From: a virus
Taxonomy: Duplodnaviria > Caudoviricetes
Virus record (IMG/VR): IMGVR_UViG_3300005841_000939
DNA: 64,000 nt
Direction: 5' to 3' (one strand)
A program made the position numbers and the translations under genes. Under the pieces are notes generated by a model, which worked only from the letters and a program-made list of their open reading frames with translations, was not told the DNA's origin and did not search any database. This document shows positions 46,001 to 55,451 of the stretch, piece after piece. Positions within the stretch are counted from its first letter, which is position 1; each line of letters opens with the position of its first letter.

Positions 46001-48097
46001 AACTATTAAAATTCCTTTTCCTTCTGTATCAGCGATTGTACTTTCAGTATCATTTAATGTGATATACGAATTGGATGGAATGGTTGATTTATTGATGAAT
46101 TTATTGAAATAAATTGTTGATTCAGTTTCTTGAATTTCAAATGCTTCCCAAAGAAGATTCAACTTCTTAAAGAAATTACTACTATAGGTTGATTTTATTT
46201 CAAATGCGTAATTTCCAGGTACTAAGTGATATGTTCCACTTTCAGTTGCACCTTCACCTTGACGAATTTCTATAACACCATATTCACCTGCTTTGGAATA
46301 CAAATTAAATGTTCCAGTGGCAGTTGTTCCAACGGTAATTGTTACATCAGTATTATCACGAATGAATGTAATATCATCAAGACTATCAATATATTTTAAA
46401 TCATTATCTGTATATGGTGTGGTATGCTTGAGACTGAATAAACCAACCGATTCACTTGATGAAATAGTTCCAGTGTTACCAATATCGTATGTAAAGACAT
46501 AATAACCTTCTTTAATTACTCTGATGAACCCACGGGCAACAATGAAGAAATCATTTGTTGTCTTCATTGGGAAATCTGCAACTTGAATCAAATTTCCATT
46601 GGTTATTGATGTTGTATAGTTAACAAAAGGAAGATTATCAACAACAGTTGGACGATTTAATCCCTTAACACCAATAATTTGTGGTGGAACAGTTACACCA
46701 GTTTTCCAATCTGCCCACAAATAATCATCACTGGTATCGCCATTGCCAGAACCTTCGTCAATTTCATCAACGCCATTTGGCAAATAACCAAAAATATTAA
46801 TAACTTGTTGAACATAGCCAGTCGGGGCGCCATAAAACTTATACAAAATTCCATCAATTTCGTTTGAAGCGCCATCCCAACTTGGATTTTTTATGACAGA
46901 AACTCCTGTTTCTGTGCAAGTACCACTTGTACCTGTAGTTCCAGTTGTACAAACTGATTCAACAGTATTTGAACCACAATCTTCCTTATCAGTAATATCT
47001 CTACCATCTGCACGAAGAATCTTGTCTATTTTTGGAATAAAATCATTTACAAAAAATTGCGTGTAGCAAGTATCACTTGCATCTGTTGCATCAGCAGGAT
47101 ATACCAAATGTGAAACATAGTGGTAATTATCAATGACCAATTCATTAATAGTCTTTTCTAAATGACCTAAACTATTATCCCACCCACCAACATTGATTCC
47201 ATTATATTTAAATTTACTTTCAGTATCCTCTATACGAGAAATAAACAAGAATTCATCAACAATTGCTTTTGGAAATTCAACACCAAAATTTTTAGTCCAC
47301 AATTCCTTTAGTGAAATAGTGAAATCATATAATTTGAAAAAAGATTCAATTGCTTCTTGTGAACCATTTTTCTTAAAAAGAATAGCAGTATCAAGAAGGA
47401 ATTGTCTGAAATATTTTACTTCGTCATCTGTTACAGTACCAGCTTCAACACGATCAAAGAAATTATAATCTAAGAAACCTTGAGCAGTTTGTTCAGAATA
47501 ACCAATACGTTGAGCATAGAAACGTTGATGGTTTAATGTATCTGACCAGTATTGCAAAAATTCAGATGGAATCTTATTGAAATCAACTAAATTTACAATG
47601 TCATGTATATCTTTGTAAATTCTATCAAAAAACTGTGCTGAGGTGTAAACAAGTTCTTGGAAACCAACATTATTTTCAACGCTTTCTTTTTGTGGCGCAA
47701 TCATGTGTTGCAAAAACCATGCATAAGTTGTCAAACCAATATTGACAGTCTTTTGAATTGTATTCTTTACTCTATATGTTTTTGAAGAAGTGAAATCAAA
47801 AAATTCTTGTGAATAGATATTCAACGTTACATCATAATCACCAGATAATTCATATGTTTTATCAGGAGAAGGATCAGTTGACAATGTTCCGTCACCAAAT
47901 TTCCATTCATATGTTGAAATAATTGTTTGTAAGGTTGTAATATCTACCGTTAAATTGAGAACATTTCCCAAATTATCAACTAAAACGGTATAACCATCAT
48001 CAACTGGATTACCTGCAACAGATAGATTTTTAAAACCTATTTTTACAGGAGCATAATTGATAGTTGGTTCAAAAGAAAAATCGGCTTTAAAATACAT
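43085..48097 (-). CDS. Baseplate wedge protein (gp7/P2 gpI-like) with N-terminal PKD domain
   Basis: FSFEPT...F.NLS...YEWKFGDG..STDPSP.KTY...GDY.V.L (PKD); IPSEFLQYW...FKKNGSQEAIESFF (gpI-like). Confidence 0.78.
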   Translation of the reverse strand: MYFKADFSFEPTINYAPVKIGFKNLSVAGNPVDDGYTVLVDNLGNVLNLTVDITTLQTIISTYEWKFGDGTLSTDPSPDKTYELSGDYDVTLNIYSQEFFDFTSSKTYRVKNTIQKTVNIGLTTYAWFLQHMIAPQKESVENNVGFQELVYTSAQFFDRIYKDIHDIVNLVDFNKIPSEFLQYWSDTLNHQRFYAQRIGYSEQTAQGFLDYNFFDRVEAGTVTDDEVKYFRQFLLDTAILFKKNGSQEAIESFFKLYDFTISLKELWTKNFGVEFPKAIVDEFLFISRIEDTESKFKYNGINVGGWDNSLGHLEKTINELVIDNYHYVSHLVYPADATDASDTCYTQFFVNDFIPKIDKILRADGRDITDKEDCGSNTVESVCTTGTTGTSGTCTETGVSVIKNPSWDGASNEIDGILYKFYGAPTGYVQQVINIFGYLPNGVDEIDEGSGNGDTSDDYLWADWKTGVTVPPQIIGVKGLNRPTVVDNLPFVNYTTSITNGNLIQVADFPMKTTNDFFIVARGFIRVIKEGYYVFTYDIGNTGTISSSESVGLFSLKHTTPYTDNDLKYIDSLDDITFIRDNTDVTITVGTTATGTFNLYSKAGEYGVIEIRQGEGATESGTYHLVPGNYAFEIKSTYSSNFFKKLNLLWEAFEIQETESTIYFNKFINKSTIPSNSYITLNDTESTIADTEGKGILIVPNTLLEGSDTLSVVYKESNLDKNGVSGILSSDVQWKNLDITVRWAYAKPSDYAENTIIPSKSIEIVFRAVYRNKDVYSTVDDYYAVVVDGNKSTIKLVNVTYSKENYAYYYRYLNLNPLLNEKDKQVYETTIIDEFGHTFKFDENSYYDVIVSVVDNLVSVKFRKNVAWTKLKNDIPGAIAVVDYTDAQDYIDVFTNVKLDQTNNDTQIYGLDGNVVNVAENYIPIIEEGFYGFGVKTSIVRLISYIVEPKDHTDITLVRTEEKWKTIKAHYLDSRDSTLLKFNSYDENDPTTKNTFDYEITPSYNGQTSYDISQFENIDDNSIEKVFFNKVSTDSISTRFNIWLDDQFVANTFKDDADLISKVLIPLGHVYEPFINWIPVDSSTSYDITNHASLNRVIASDARILPHTVALSGSTQISFSEMIRVKDMLYPNNVCSQLLNSDGNVHLIGVWEEICPQSNQDVWSFNGSTGVATGSNEVLSIIYRDKTTQEEAIGVKFKSNDVIKDLICRYCVDTMIFGLFDVTLPSYAVKNYNKDWYWEPEETTTLRYFIPIGKLEEGSVYCLPSLEILRNPQVKINLLGVYAPHSFEGFQFTENRTLQILEQNKWDIQLNGRITSRYFLDLNADLAYSVEKPFGSTYGCDFNICPVKASQPWKTRETCTINNVWYLPEKVQSLVGVLEGYATFTDDYNWWINSEFYIKETFNTVLPPNDGINLFTGTNAPSAEFVHLIKDNDYNQALYNADITWCISSVSVDEEWATNNNSYGVGVFDVSAYEKIGFSTGASISGEKLIPTSFYMHINMPIDVVDISGDKVLDLTFFLNKETGERTTSPYGLYNWYLTHSNLGSIQEREKAGWDVSDWNDEFTKCFKINYVYWKPDTKNIKVNKYLTYTTEIPPFGSVLYITIDKDKTECINTTDRKVFGVSDGYNFIWAIPALYEKYTAWYNSGIKTYADGWEIPSDYYYVRGNVTNE

Positions 48098-48104
48098 AAT
48101 CCGT

Positions 48105-51100
48105 TTATGCCTCTAATTCTATAATGATATTACCTTTTGTTGGGAACTCAAAACGACTCAAAACAATATCGCCTGTAAATTGGAATTCTTTAACATTGGT
48201 TGTTGGATTTCTAATATCAAATAATGGTTCAATGATAGTAAACAATGATGGATCCTTAGCAAGTAATTCAAGAACTTTCTTGCGCTTTACTTGTTGAACG
48301 GTTTCAACACCAGTTACAACAGCATCAGTAACATAATCGGATGTTGATAATCCAATATTTCTATTCATTGCAATTTGAGCAGTTTGAACACCAGCAAGAT
48401 TTAAAATTGTTTTTTCCAATTCACCATAATGTAGTGTTTCACCCAATTCATGAGAATCCGCAAGGAAATAATCATTGATCGCTTTATTTATTGCAGTCTT
48501 GATAGATTCTCCACTTGCGTTTTTCAATTTCTTGAAACGAACACGAACGTCAATAGGAACATATTTTGCTGTGAAAATTTGATGTTCAACTGTTGCCATT
48601 GCCTTGAAATTATTATTCAATGTATCTAACATCCAATCAGTTTGTTGCTTTGTTAAATAATTTCCATAACGTGGCAATCCTATAATGAAAATATAATTGA
48701 AGAAATACTTTGTCAACTCATCAGCAGAAATAAATCCACTCTCAGCAATTTCCTTATATGATAATACTTGAGTTTTTATCAAATAATCTGAAAACATTTG
48801 ATTACAGAAAGATGCATAATCATCAAGAGAAACCACACGGTCTTGACGAAGATTTGCACTACCAGCATTTGCACGCAATTCTTCAACTGTTTCAATGTTT
48901 GCACCACTAAATGCATTTGTTGGTTGTTGAATTGAAAGAATCTCTTCTGTTATTTGTGTTCCTTCACTATCGTAAATTGTACCAACTTGGATTTGCGCAC
49001 CTGAAGCAAAATATGCATCCTTTTTCAATCCAACTAATTGAATAAATTGATCTTCAAAATTAATGGTAATGTCATCATCACCAAGAATATTTTCTGAAAT
49101 GACGATTGTATCGGATAAAGTATTTGGAGGAATATTTCCATCAATTCCAACAGTTCTCAAACCAAAAATAATTATTTCTTTTCCAACTGGATCAGTACCA
49201 TATGTTACGCCATCACCAAACCAAATTTCAATTTTCTTATATTCATTTACACGAACGAAGAATACCTTAGATCCTGGTTTTGTATCAATAGTTGCCGCAA
49301 GATTACTTGCATTATCCCATTCTTCCCAATCACCATCAGGATCCTTCAAGAAAATTCTCAAATCAGAATAAGAAACATCATCTAAATCAAGATAGAATTT
49401 TATTTCGTTGATAGATGTTCTATCAGCAGTAAATGCAGCACTTAAATAATTATTTGCTACATCAATAGCACCATTTTGATTAATATATGACAACTTAATG
49501 TCACCTTGTCTCAATGAATCTATTGAAAATGTTTCTGGAACATTTGAATAACGAATACCGGGCAATGTACCATCGTTACTGATTTGACCTGCAAAATTAA
49601 TTGTTCCGTGCTTTTGATAAATGTATTCAGATGAAAAATCGGCGAACCAATCTGCTACAACTTGTCCTTCAAAACCAGTTTCTATATTCAATGTAAAACC
49701 AGTATTTGTTTTATCAGTGTACCATGAATTGATATTTTGATTTGTTACAATATGTAAACCATAATTAGCATCTTGGAAAGCAGTATCAAAAGTAATTTGT
49801 CTAGTAACGACATCACCTGAAAGAGTAACAGTACCCTTCTTTTGTGTTGATGTTGTTGCTTCATCTTGTACCGCTTGATCACCAGAAAACACGAAAGTTG
49901 AATATGAAACTGTTCCTGTGAATGAACGCTCAGTATTTACTTTGAAACCTTTACTTGTTTTATCTGTATACCAAACACGAACATTGTCAGATGGAGTCAA
50001 GAAAACAGTATAATCAACTGGTTCGCCTGCAATTTCTGGAATTTCTGTATCAAAAGAAACATCAAATGTTCTTACAGCATCTTCTTTAAAACGAGTTGCA
50101 ATCCAATTGACATTACCATCAAAACCTGTGTTTGCTTCAACATTGATTGTGAAACCTTTTTCACTCTTTGAAGAAAACCATATTTGAACATTTTGGTCGG
50201 GAGTTAATTCTAAAATATATTCAATAACTTCATTTGGTGCTGATGTTGTGAACGGAGTATCAAAAGAAACATAAACACTATTGATACCATCAACGAATTT
50301 AACGTAACCACTTTTTTGTTCAGTTGTTGTGTAATCTATTTTTGGAATTACTTGGAAATTACCAAAACGTTGACCTGGATCTTTTGATAAAGCTTTAATA
50401 TCTGTATCAGGATCAACATAATTAGGATAAATTTTTGCAATTGTTACTTCGTTATATCCAGGTTCTTTTGATGTAACATTCAAAACAGCATCATAATTGG
50501 TACCAGGAGAATCTGGTGTTACAATTTGTAAATTGATGTTGAAAACTGGTTGTGTAACATCCCATGTGTTTACATCAAATACTTGTGATGAAACTTCACC
50601 GGAATAGAAAGAATAAACTTGACCTTCTACAAGAGCATTAAAAGGTGGTTTATCACCATCTTGATTAATTATCAAGTGAATTTGTTTTATACCATTTGCA
50701 GTTGATTCCAACTTATCATATGAAAATTGAACACTGTCCAAATTTTCCATACCAAGAACACCAACATAAAATCTTCCTAAACTATTATTTTGAACTTCTT
50801 CAAGAACATAAAAATCACCTGAAGAATCTGTTGGCTTCAATTGTAAAGTTGTAATAATATCATCTTGACGTTGTTGTGCTGAATCGGGATCAGCAATGAC
50901 ACTTAATGATGGCTTGCTTGTTTGCTTATCATAATTAAATAATACAAAGTAATTTGTACTTGGAACTACAGAAAATGAAACTGGATTTGTTGTAATTGTT
51001 CTATTAAATGGTTGACCAACAGAAGAAGCGTCAGAAGGATCAAACATCGGAACATTGTTAGTATCAAATCCTTTAAAGTTTGTTGGATCTAAACGATCCA

Positions 51101-51713
51101 AAACAGATAATGGTTTTGTATCAGACAATGTTAAAGAAATTTTCTGTGGATCAAAAGTTGGTGTTGCACTTGCACCGGATGTTCCACTTGTCCAAAAAGA
51201 AACTGGTTTTGTTAATGGCAATTGATTTCCATCGTAAGCAAAATCATTTTGTGTAACAGTACGTGTTCCATAACCTTTAATCAAATAAAGGATTTGATTT
51301 GTGTTGGTGAAAACAAAGTTTTGGTTTGATGGTGTTGCTTTTTGTGATGGAAATTGAGAATATGCAGGAATTTCAAAGAAAGCGTTTTCTTTACCAAAGC
51401 AATATTCGGGAGATAATGAACCAACCGCGGAAAGAGTTGCAGCAACATCACCTCTAGGATTGTATGCCAAAAGACGTGCAATTCTATTCAAATTTTTCCA
51501 ACGCTTTGCACTTGGCAAGAAGACTTCATTTGCAACTGAATTTGCATAATAACCAAATAGAGAACCTAAATAGGCTTCAAGGTCTACCCAATTACTGATA
51601 TTTGATTGAGCAAAGTCTACATCTTTATAAGTTTTGGTTTCTCTAAGATATTGAATCAATTCATTACGAAGCGCATCATAATCAATTGCAGTGTAATTAA
51701 TATTGATGGGCAT
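48105..51713 (-). CDS. Baseplate wedge subunit, T4 gp6-like, expanded to 1202 aa
   Basis: IDYDALRNELIQYL...FAQSNIS...LAYNPRG; IWFGDG..G; ETVEELR.NA...QDRVVSLDDY. Confidence 0.92.
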   Translation of the reverse strand: MPININYTAIDYDALRNELIQYLRETKTYKDVDFAQSNISNWVDLEAYLGSLFGYYANSVANEVFLPSAKRWKNLNRIARLLAYNPRGDVAATLSAVGSLSPEYCFGKENAFFEIPAYSQFPSQKATPSNQNFVFTNTNQILYLIKGYGTRTVTQNDFAYDGNQLPLTKPVSFWTSGTSGASATPTFDPQKISLTLSDTKPLSVLDRLDPTNFKGFDTNNVPMFDPSDASSVGQPFNRTITTNPVSFSVVPSTNYFVLFNYDKQTSKPSLSVIADPDSAQQRQDDIITTLQLKPTDSSGDFYVLEEVQNNSLGRFYVGVLGMENLDSVQFSYDKLESTANGIKQIHLIINQDGDKPPFNALVEGQVYSFYSGEVSSQVFDVNTWDVTQPVFNINLQIVTPDSPGTNYDAVLNVTSKEPGYNEVTIAKIYPNYVDPDTDIKALSKDPGQRFGNFQVIPKIDYTTTEQKSGYVKFVDGINSVYVSFDTPFTTSAPNEVIEYILELTPDQNVQIWFSSKSEKGFTINVEANTGFDGNVNWIATRFKEDAVRTFDVSFDTEIPEIAGEPVDYTVFLTPSDNVRVWYTDKTSKGFKVNTERSFTGTVSYSTFVFSGDQAVQDEATTSTQKKGTVTLSGDVVTRQITFDTAFQDANYGLHIVTNQNINSWYTDKTNTGFTLNIETGFEGQVVADWFADFSSEYIYQKHGTINFAGQISNDGTLPGIRYSNVPETFSIDSLRQGDIKLSYINQNGAIDVANNYLSAAFTADRTSINEIKFYLDLDDVSYSDLRIFLKDPDGDWEEWDNASNLAATIDTKPGSKVFFVRVNEYKKIEIWFGDGVTYGTDPVGKEIIIFGLRTVGIDGNIPPNTLSDTIVISENILGDDDITINFEDQFIQLVGLKKDAYFASGAQIQVGTIYDSEGTQITEEILSIQQPTNAFSGANIETVEELRANAGSANLRQDRVVSLDDYASFCNQMFSDYLIKTQVLSYKEIAESGFISADELTKYFFNYIFIIGLPRYGNYLTKQQTDWMLDTLNNNFKAMATVEHQIFTAKYVPIDVRVRFKKLKNASGESIKTAINKAINDYFLADSHELGETLHYGELEKTILNLAGVQTAQIAMNRNIGLSTSDYVTDAVVTGVETVQQVKRKKVLELLAKDPSLFTIIEPLFDIRNPTTNVKEFQFTGDIVLSRFEFPTKGNIIIELEA

Positions 51714-51714
51714 C

Positions 51715-52098
51715 TTATAATTTCTCCAAAGAAACGCTTACTGAATCAACTTGTTGTGTATTGGCTATTTGATAGATTACTTGAACGTCATAAGATGTAG
51801 AATCTGAATCCATAACAACATTTATACTGATAATTGTTATTCTAGTTTCCCAATTCTTCAAACTTTCTTCTGCATCTGTTCCTATACGTGTAGCAGTGGT
51901 TTCATCAAATGGTTCAAAGAGGAATGTTTTAATTTTTGATCCATAATCAGGCATGAAGATTCTTGTTCCCTTAGGAGTATTCAAAATCATATAAATGGAT
52001 TGTTTGATACTATCTATGTTTTGGATAGAACTCAAATCGCCAGATGAGTTTACATCAGGATTTATAGGTAAGTCTTGATAATAAATCTGCGTAGCCAT
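51715..52098 (-). CDS. Baseplate wedge protein, T4 gp25-like
   Basis: SIKQSI..IL.TPKGTRIFMPDYGS.I...LFEP...WETRI. Confidence 0.95.
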   Translation of the reverse strand: MATQIYYQDLPINPDVNSSGDLSSIQNIDSIKQSIYMILNTPKGTRIFMPDYGSKIKTFLFEPFDETTATRIGTDAEESLKNWETRITIISINVVMDSDSTSYDVQVIYQIANTQQVDSVSVSLEKL

Positions 52099-52104
52099 AA
52101 CGCA

Positions 52105-52112
52105 TATTTATA
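52105..52112 (-). promoter_or_regulatory. Late promoter TATAAATA, 6 nt before the gp25 ATG
   Basis: Exact consensus. Confidence 0.7.
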
Positions 52113-52131
52113 TGTTTTTGCATCAAATATA

Positions 52132-53745
52132 TTACTTTGTTGGTATTGTTGGTAATTTTGTATTACCCGGGATCTTCAATTCAGTCTTTGTTAAGTTTGG
52201 AATATCAACATTCTTTACAGTTGGTTTGGCTGGCGTTGGTGCAGCACCCGCAGTTGCTGTTTTTGCTGGACGACCGGTACCAGTTGCAACTCCAGGAAGA
52301 ACAATTAATCCATGCGCCGTTAATGGCGCACCCAAATCTGCTGGGCCTCTATTTCTTATAAATCCACCACAATCAATACCAAGTACGGCATAACTTATTT
52401 GCGAAACAATACAATTTCCAGTAATATTCATATCACCACGAACATAAGCAGCACCAACAACGCTTAAATCACCATTTATTTTTACATTTCCAGTCACGTC
52501 AATCTCAGATGCTGCCATTTTAACTTTTCCAGCGGCAATCAAATTAACATCTTTGCCAGCATTAACACTTACGTCACCTACAGCGTTAACATCAGTTGAG
52601 CCTTTAACAGTTGCTGCAAGATTTCCATCAACCATTAATGAAACATTTTTTGTAACTTTAGCATTCATGTTTCCATGGCAATTAACATTAACATTTTGTT
52701 GAATTTCTGCATTTAATGCACCCTTTTCAACAATTACATCAACATCACCCTCACGTACAACAATTCCAACATTTTTCTTGGCATCAATTTGAACATTACT
52801 ATCACATTGAATGAAAATATCACCTATAGGATATAATTTATATTTACCTGCGATATAGATTTCATAATCACCTTCTATACCTACTTCTTGATTTGTTCCA
52901 GTTGATCCATTTTTACCATTAAATTCTTTTTTATTTCCAGCTTCATCAATAAAATCAATGTGATTTTTATGAATGACATAAATTCGTTCTTTACCATTTC
53001 TATTATCAATGACTACAGTTGTACCTTGAGCACTTGTTGTAGTTGTAATATCTCTATTACTATCACTTTGCGTAATTTCTGGAATGTTTATGACAGGTTT
53101 ATCAATTCTAGGATTTACAACCGCTGAACTTGCCCAAGAATCGGGAAGAGGTATTGCTACATCTCTAGGATTAAACTCCGTTCTAAACTTTTTGATCGCT
53201 TGGATTTTCTCTTCAATGATGACTGTTCTCTGTGATTTAGTTGTAGACCAGTCGCGTTCCATTGGTGCCATAGCAAAATAATATGGCTCCATGTGGTTGC
53301 CACCATCAAAGAATAAGAAAACCCAATTACCACGCTTTGGAACAACAAATTGGCCGCCAGTACCACATGCATTTCCAAACGGATCAATGCTTTCAGCAGC
53401 AAATTTTGTAGGATCAATTGTTGGATATTTTGATGCTGTGAAATCTGTACCAGCAACAGTACTACTGCTTCCAGGATCATATCTATCACCAGGGACATCT
53501 GGTGTTGAATTTATGTGATCAATATTGTTGTTGTTATAACCACCGGACCAAGATAATCCTAAAGCAGGTTTAGCCCATGGCAATTGTATTACGGGTGTTT
53601 TACTTCCATTTGTATCATGCACACCAAAAACTCTAACTTGAACTCTACCAGCATCTAATGGATCAGCATTGTTTTCAACAATACCACGATAAATCCCATC
53701 AAGAGAATAAGAAGGTTTTTCAAAATTATTTGGATTAATCGGCAT
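52132..53745 (-). CDS. Baseplate hub/spike protein, T4 gp5/VgrG-like (OB fold plus beta-helix, no lysozyme domain seen)
   Basis: YRGIVENNADPLDAGRVQVRVFGVH...LPWA...VPKRGNWVFLFFDGG; C-terminal VxG beta repeats. Confidence 0.92.
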   Translation of the reverse strand: MPINPNNFEKPSYSLDGIYRGIVENNADPLDAGRVQVRVFGVHDTNGSKTPVIQLPWAKPALGLSWSGGYNNNNIDHINSTPDVPGDRYDPGSSSTVAGTDFTASKYPTIDPTKFAAESIDPFGNACGTGGQFVVPKRGNWVFLFFDGGNHMEPYYFAMAPMERDWSTTKSQRTVIIEEKIQAIKKFRTEFNPRDVAIPLPDSWASSAVVNPRIDKPVINIPEITQSDSNRDITTTTSAQGTTVVIDNRNGKERIYVIHKNHIDFIDEAGNKKEFNGKNGSTGTNQEVGIEGDYEIYIAGKYKLYPIGDIFIQCDSNVQIDAKKNVGIVVREGDVDVIVEKGALNAEIQQNVNVNCHGNMNAKVTKNVSLMVDGNLAATVKGSTDVNAVGDVSVNAGKDVNLIAAGKVKMAASEIDVTGNVKINGDLSVVGAAYVRGDMNITGNCIVSQISYAVLGIDCGGFIRNRGPADLGAPLTAHGLIVLPGVATGTGRPAKTATAGAAPTPAKPTVKNVDIPNLTKTELKIPGNTKLPTIPTK

Positions 53746-53755
53746 ATTATTTCAT

Positions 53756-54379
53756 TTATATACAATCAAAAAGTTGAAATGATTCTATTTCTAAATCTTT
53801 TATAGTTCCATTGTCCAATTTTTCTAATAAATTTAAAAATGCGCTAAACTTTTTGAAACCTTTATTTATAGACGACTTTGGCAAATATGGTTTACGTTCA
53901 ATATGATTAAAACGTACAATTCCAACTAAGAAAAGATTAATTAATCTTGTTTCTAATTTACGTCTTGAAATTTCATTTTTTGTATTGAGATATACCTTAT
54001 TGTATTTCAATATCATTTTAATTGTTTTTGGAACTTCAACTTTAGGATCCCAAGTCCAATCATATTCACTTTTAAAAACATGCATTGCCAACTCATCGCT
54101 GGTGCAAATTTTATCTACATCAATTTCAAAAAGAGGTTCAGATGTTCCATCAGCGTAAATTACAGTATCAGCTTCAGGTAAATCTTGGAACCACCATTTC
54201 ATTTCATCTTTTGTAGGTAAATCCTTAATACTGTAACCATTTTCATCTATGTATTCGTGGATTTCAATCCATTCATCTACAAGACCTTCAAGATTTTTTT
54301 CAAGAACCTCTCTCTTGACTTTATCTTGATATTTTTTCTTAATTAATAAGGCTATTTGTTCTCTATCTTCAAATTTCAT
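53756..54379 (-). CDS. Hypothetical protein
   Basis: 207-aa ORF. Confidence 0.75.
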   Translation of the reverse strand: MKFEDREQIALLIKKKYQDKVKREVLEKNLEGLVDEWIEIHEYIDENGYSIKDLPTKDEMKWWFQDLPEADTVIYADGTSEPLFEIDVDKICTSDELAMHVFKSEYDWTWDPKVEVPKTIKMILKYNKVYLNTKNEISRRKLETRLINLFLVGIVRFNHIERKPYLPKSSINKGFKKFSAFLNLLEKLDNGTIKDLEIESFQLFDCI

Positions 54380-54380
54380 G

Positions 54381-54422
54381 AAAAGAAAATCCCTGTAAAG
54401 CCATTATAGCCATACAGGGATT
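54381..54422 (-). terminator. Intrinsic terminator after the AAA+/VWA cluster
   Basis: AATCCCTGTA...TACAGGGATT followed by TTCTTTT. Confidence 0.75.
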
Positions 54423-54443
54423 ATTCTTCAAAACGAAGAGAAC

Positions 54444-55451
54444 TTAACCGATAAACTTGTATGCGTTCAGTACCGTCAAGAACTTTTTGACCTTGGAGTA
54501 GTTGTTGATTATGTCATCAATTGATACCTTCTTGAACGTACCTTTTGTTGCACTATCAATTTCAATAGCAGTAGTCACATTCATTTTCTTTTTCAAGAAC
54601 TGCATGTAATCGTGAGTCAGAATTGCGCCAACTAGATAGCGAACAACACCAATCTCTTGCCCGATGAGATTTAAATCCTGTGGATCATGGTAGATGCATG
54701 CTTCAGATGTCAATTCAACGTGGGTATTTTCTTCTTGCTGTTTGCGCAGTTTGAAAGAAGTCAAGAACTTGAATTGTGGAATGATGTCAACAGAACCGTT
54801 CAAGAAATCATTGTCTCCCGAAATCAGGATAAACGCATTCTTGCCTGATGGCGTCGTATATGGAACAACCCAACGAACAAACTCATTTGATTTTTCACCA
54901 AATTCAGTGATCGCACCTCTTTCACGCAAATATTCAACATCACTGGTGCTACATACCGAAGTATCAATAAGATTTTTGGTCTTTCTATCACCCTTGCTAT
55001 TCCAAAGCTTCTTTGAACCTAGAATAGCACAGATAGTTGGACTATCCCATTTGCGAATGATTTGATGTGCTGCATAGAAATATTCTACACGATGTTGAGT
55101 ATCTGATTGCAGCAACTTGGCAGCGTCAACGTTACCTTCAAATGCAACTGGTTTGGGTACTTCAGTCCAACGATTCAAATTAAACCACATTGGAGGAATT
55201 GAATCTGCCAAAGAATCATTTGCACACAGCTTCAATATTTGTGGAAACAAATCACTGACCTTACTGTACAAGGTTTCTAGTGACAATTCTTGTTGTTGAA
55301 TAGTGATTTCATCCGAATTACTCGCACGTTGAACAACATTTCCACCCTTTGCAGAAGCGTTGATTACGCCGATGAGAACATCCTTTGATGTTCCAAGAAA
55401 GTCTATGACAGCTTTTTGTTGAGGATTCATTTTAAACCTTATTTCTCGCAA
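54444..55451 (-). CDS. Hypothetical protein downstream of the AAA+ ATPase
   Basis: 335-aa ORF overlapping the ATPase end. Confidence 0.75.
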   Translation of the reverse strand: MREIRFKMNPQQKAVIDFLGTSKDVLIGVINASAKGGNVVQRASNSDEITIQQQELSLETLYSKVSDLFPQILKLCANDSLADSIPPMWFNLNRWTEVPKPVAFEGNVDAAKLLQSDTQHRVEYFYAAHQIIRKWDSPTICAILGSKKLWNSKGDRKTKNLIDTSVCSTSDVEYLRERGAITEFGEKSNEFVRWVVPYTTPSGKNAFILISGDNDFLNGSVDIIPQFKFLTSFKLRKQQEENTHVELTSEACIYHDPQDLNLIGQEIGVVRYLVGAILTHDYMQFLKKKMNVTTAIEIDSATKGTFKKVSIDDIINNYSKVKKFLTVLNAYKFIG

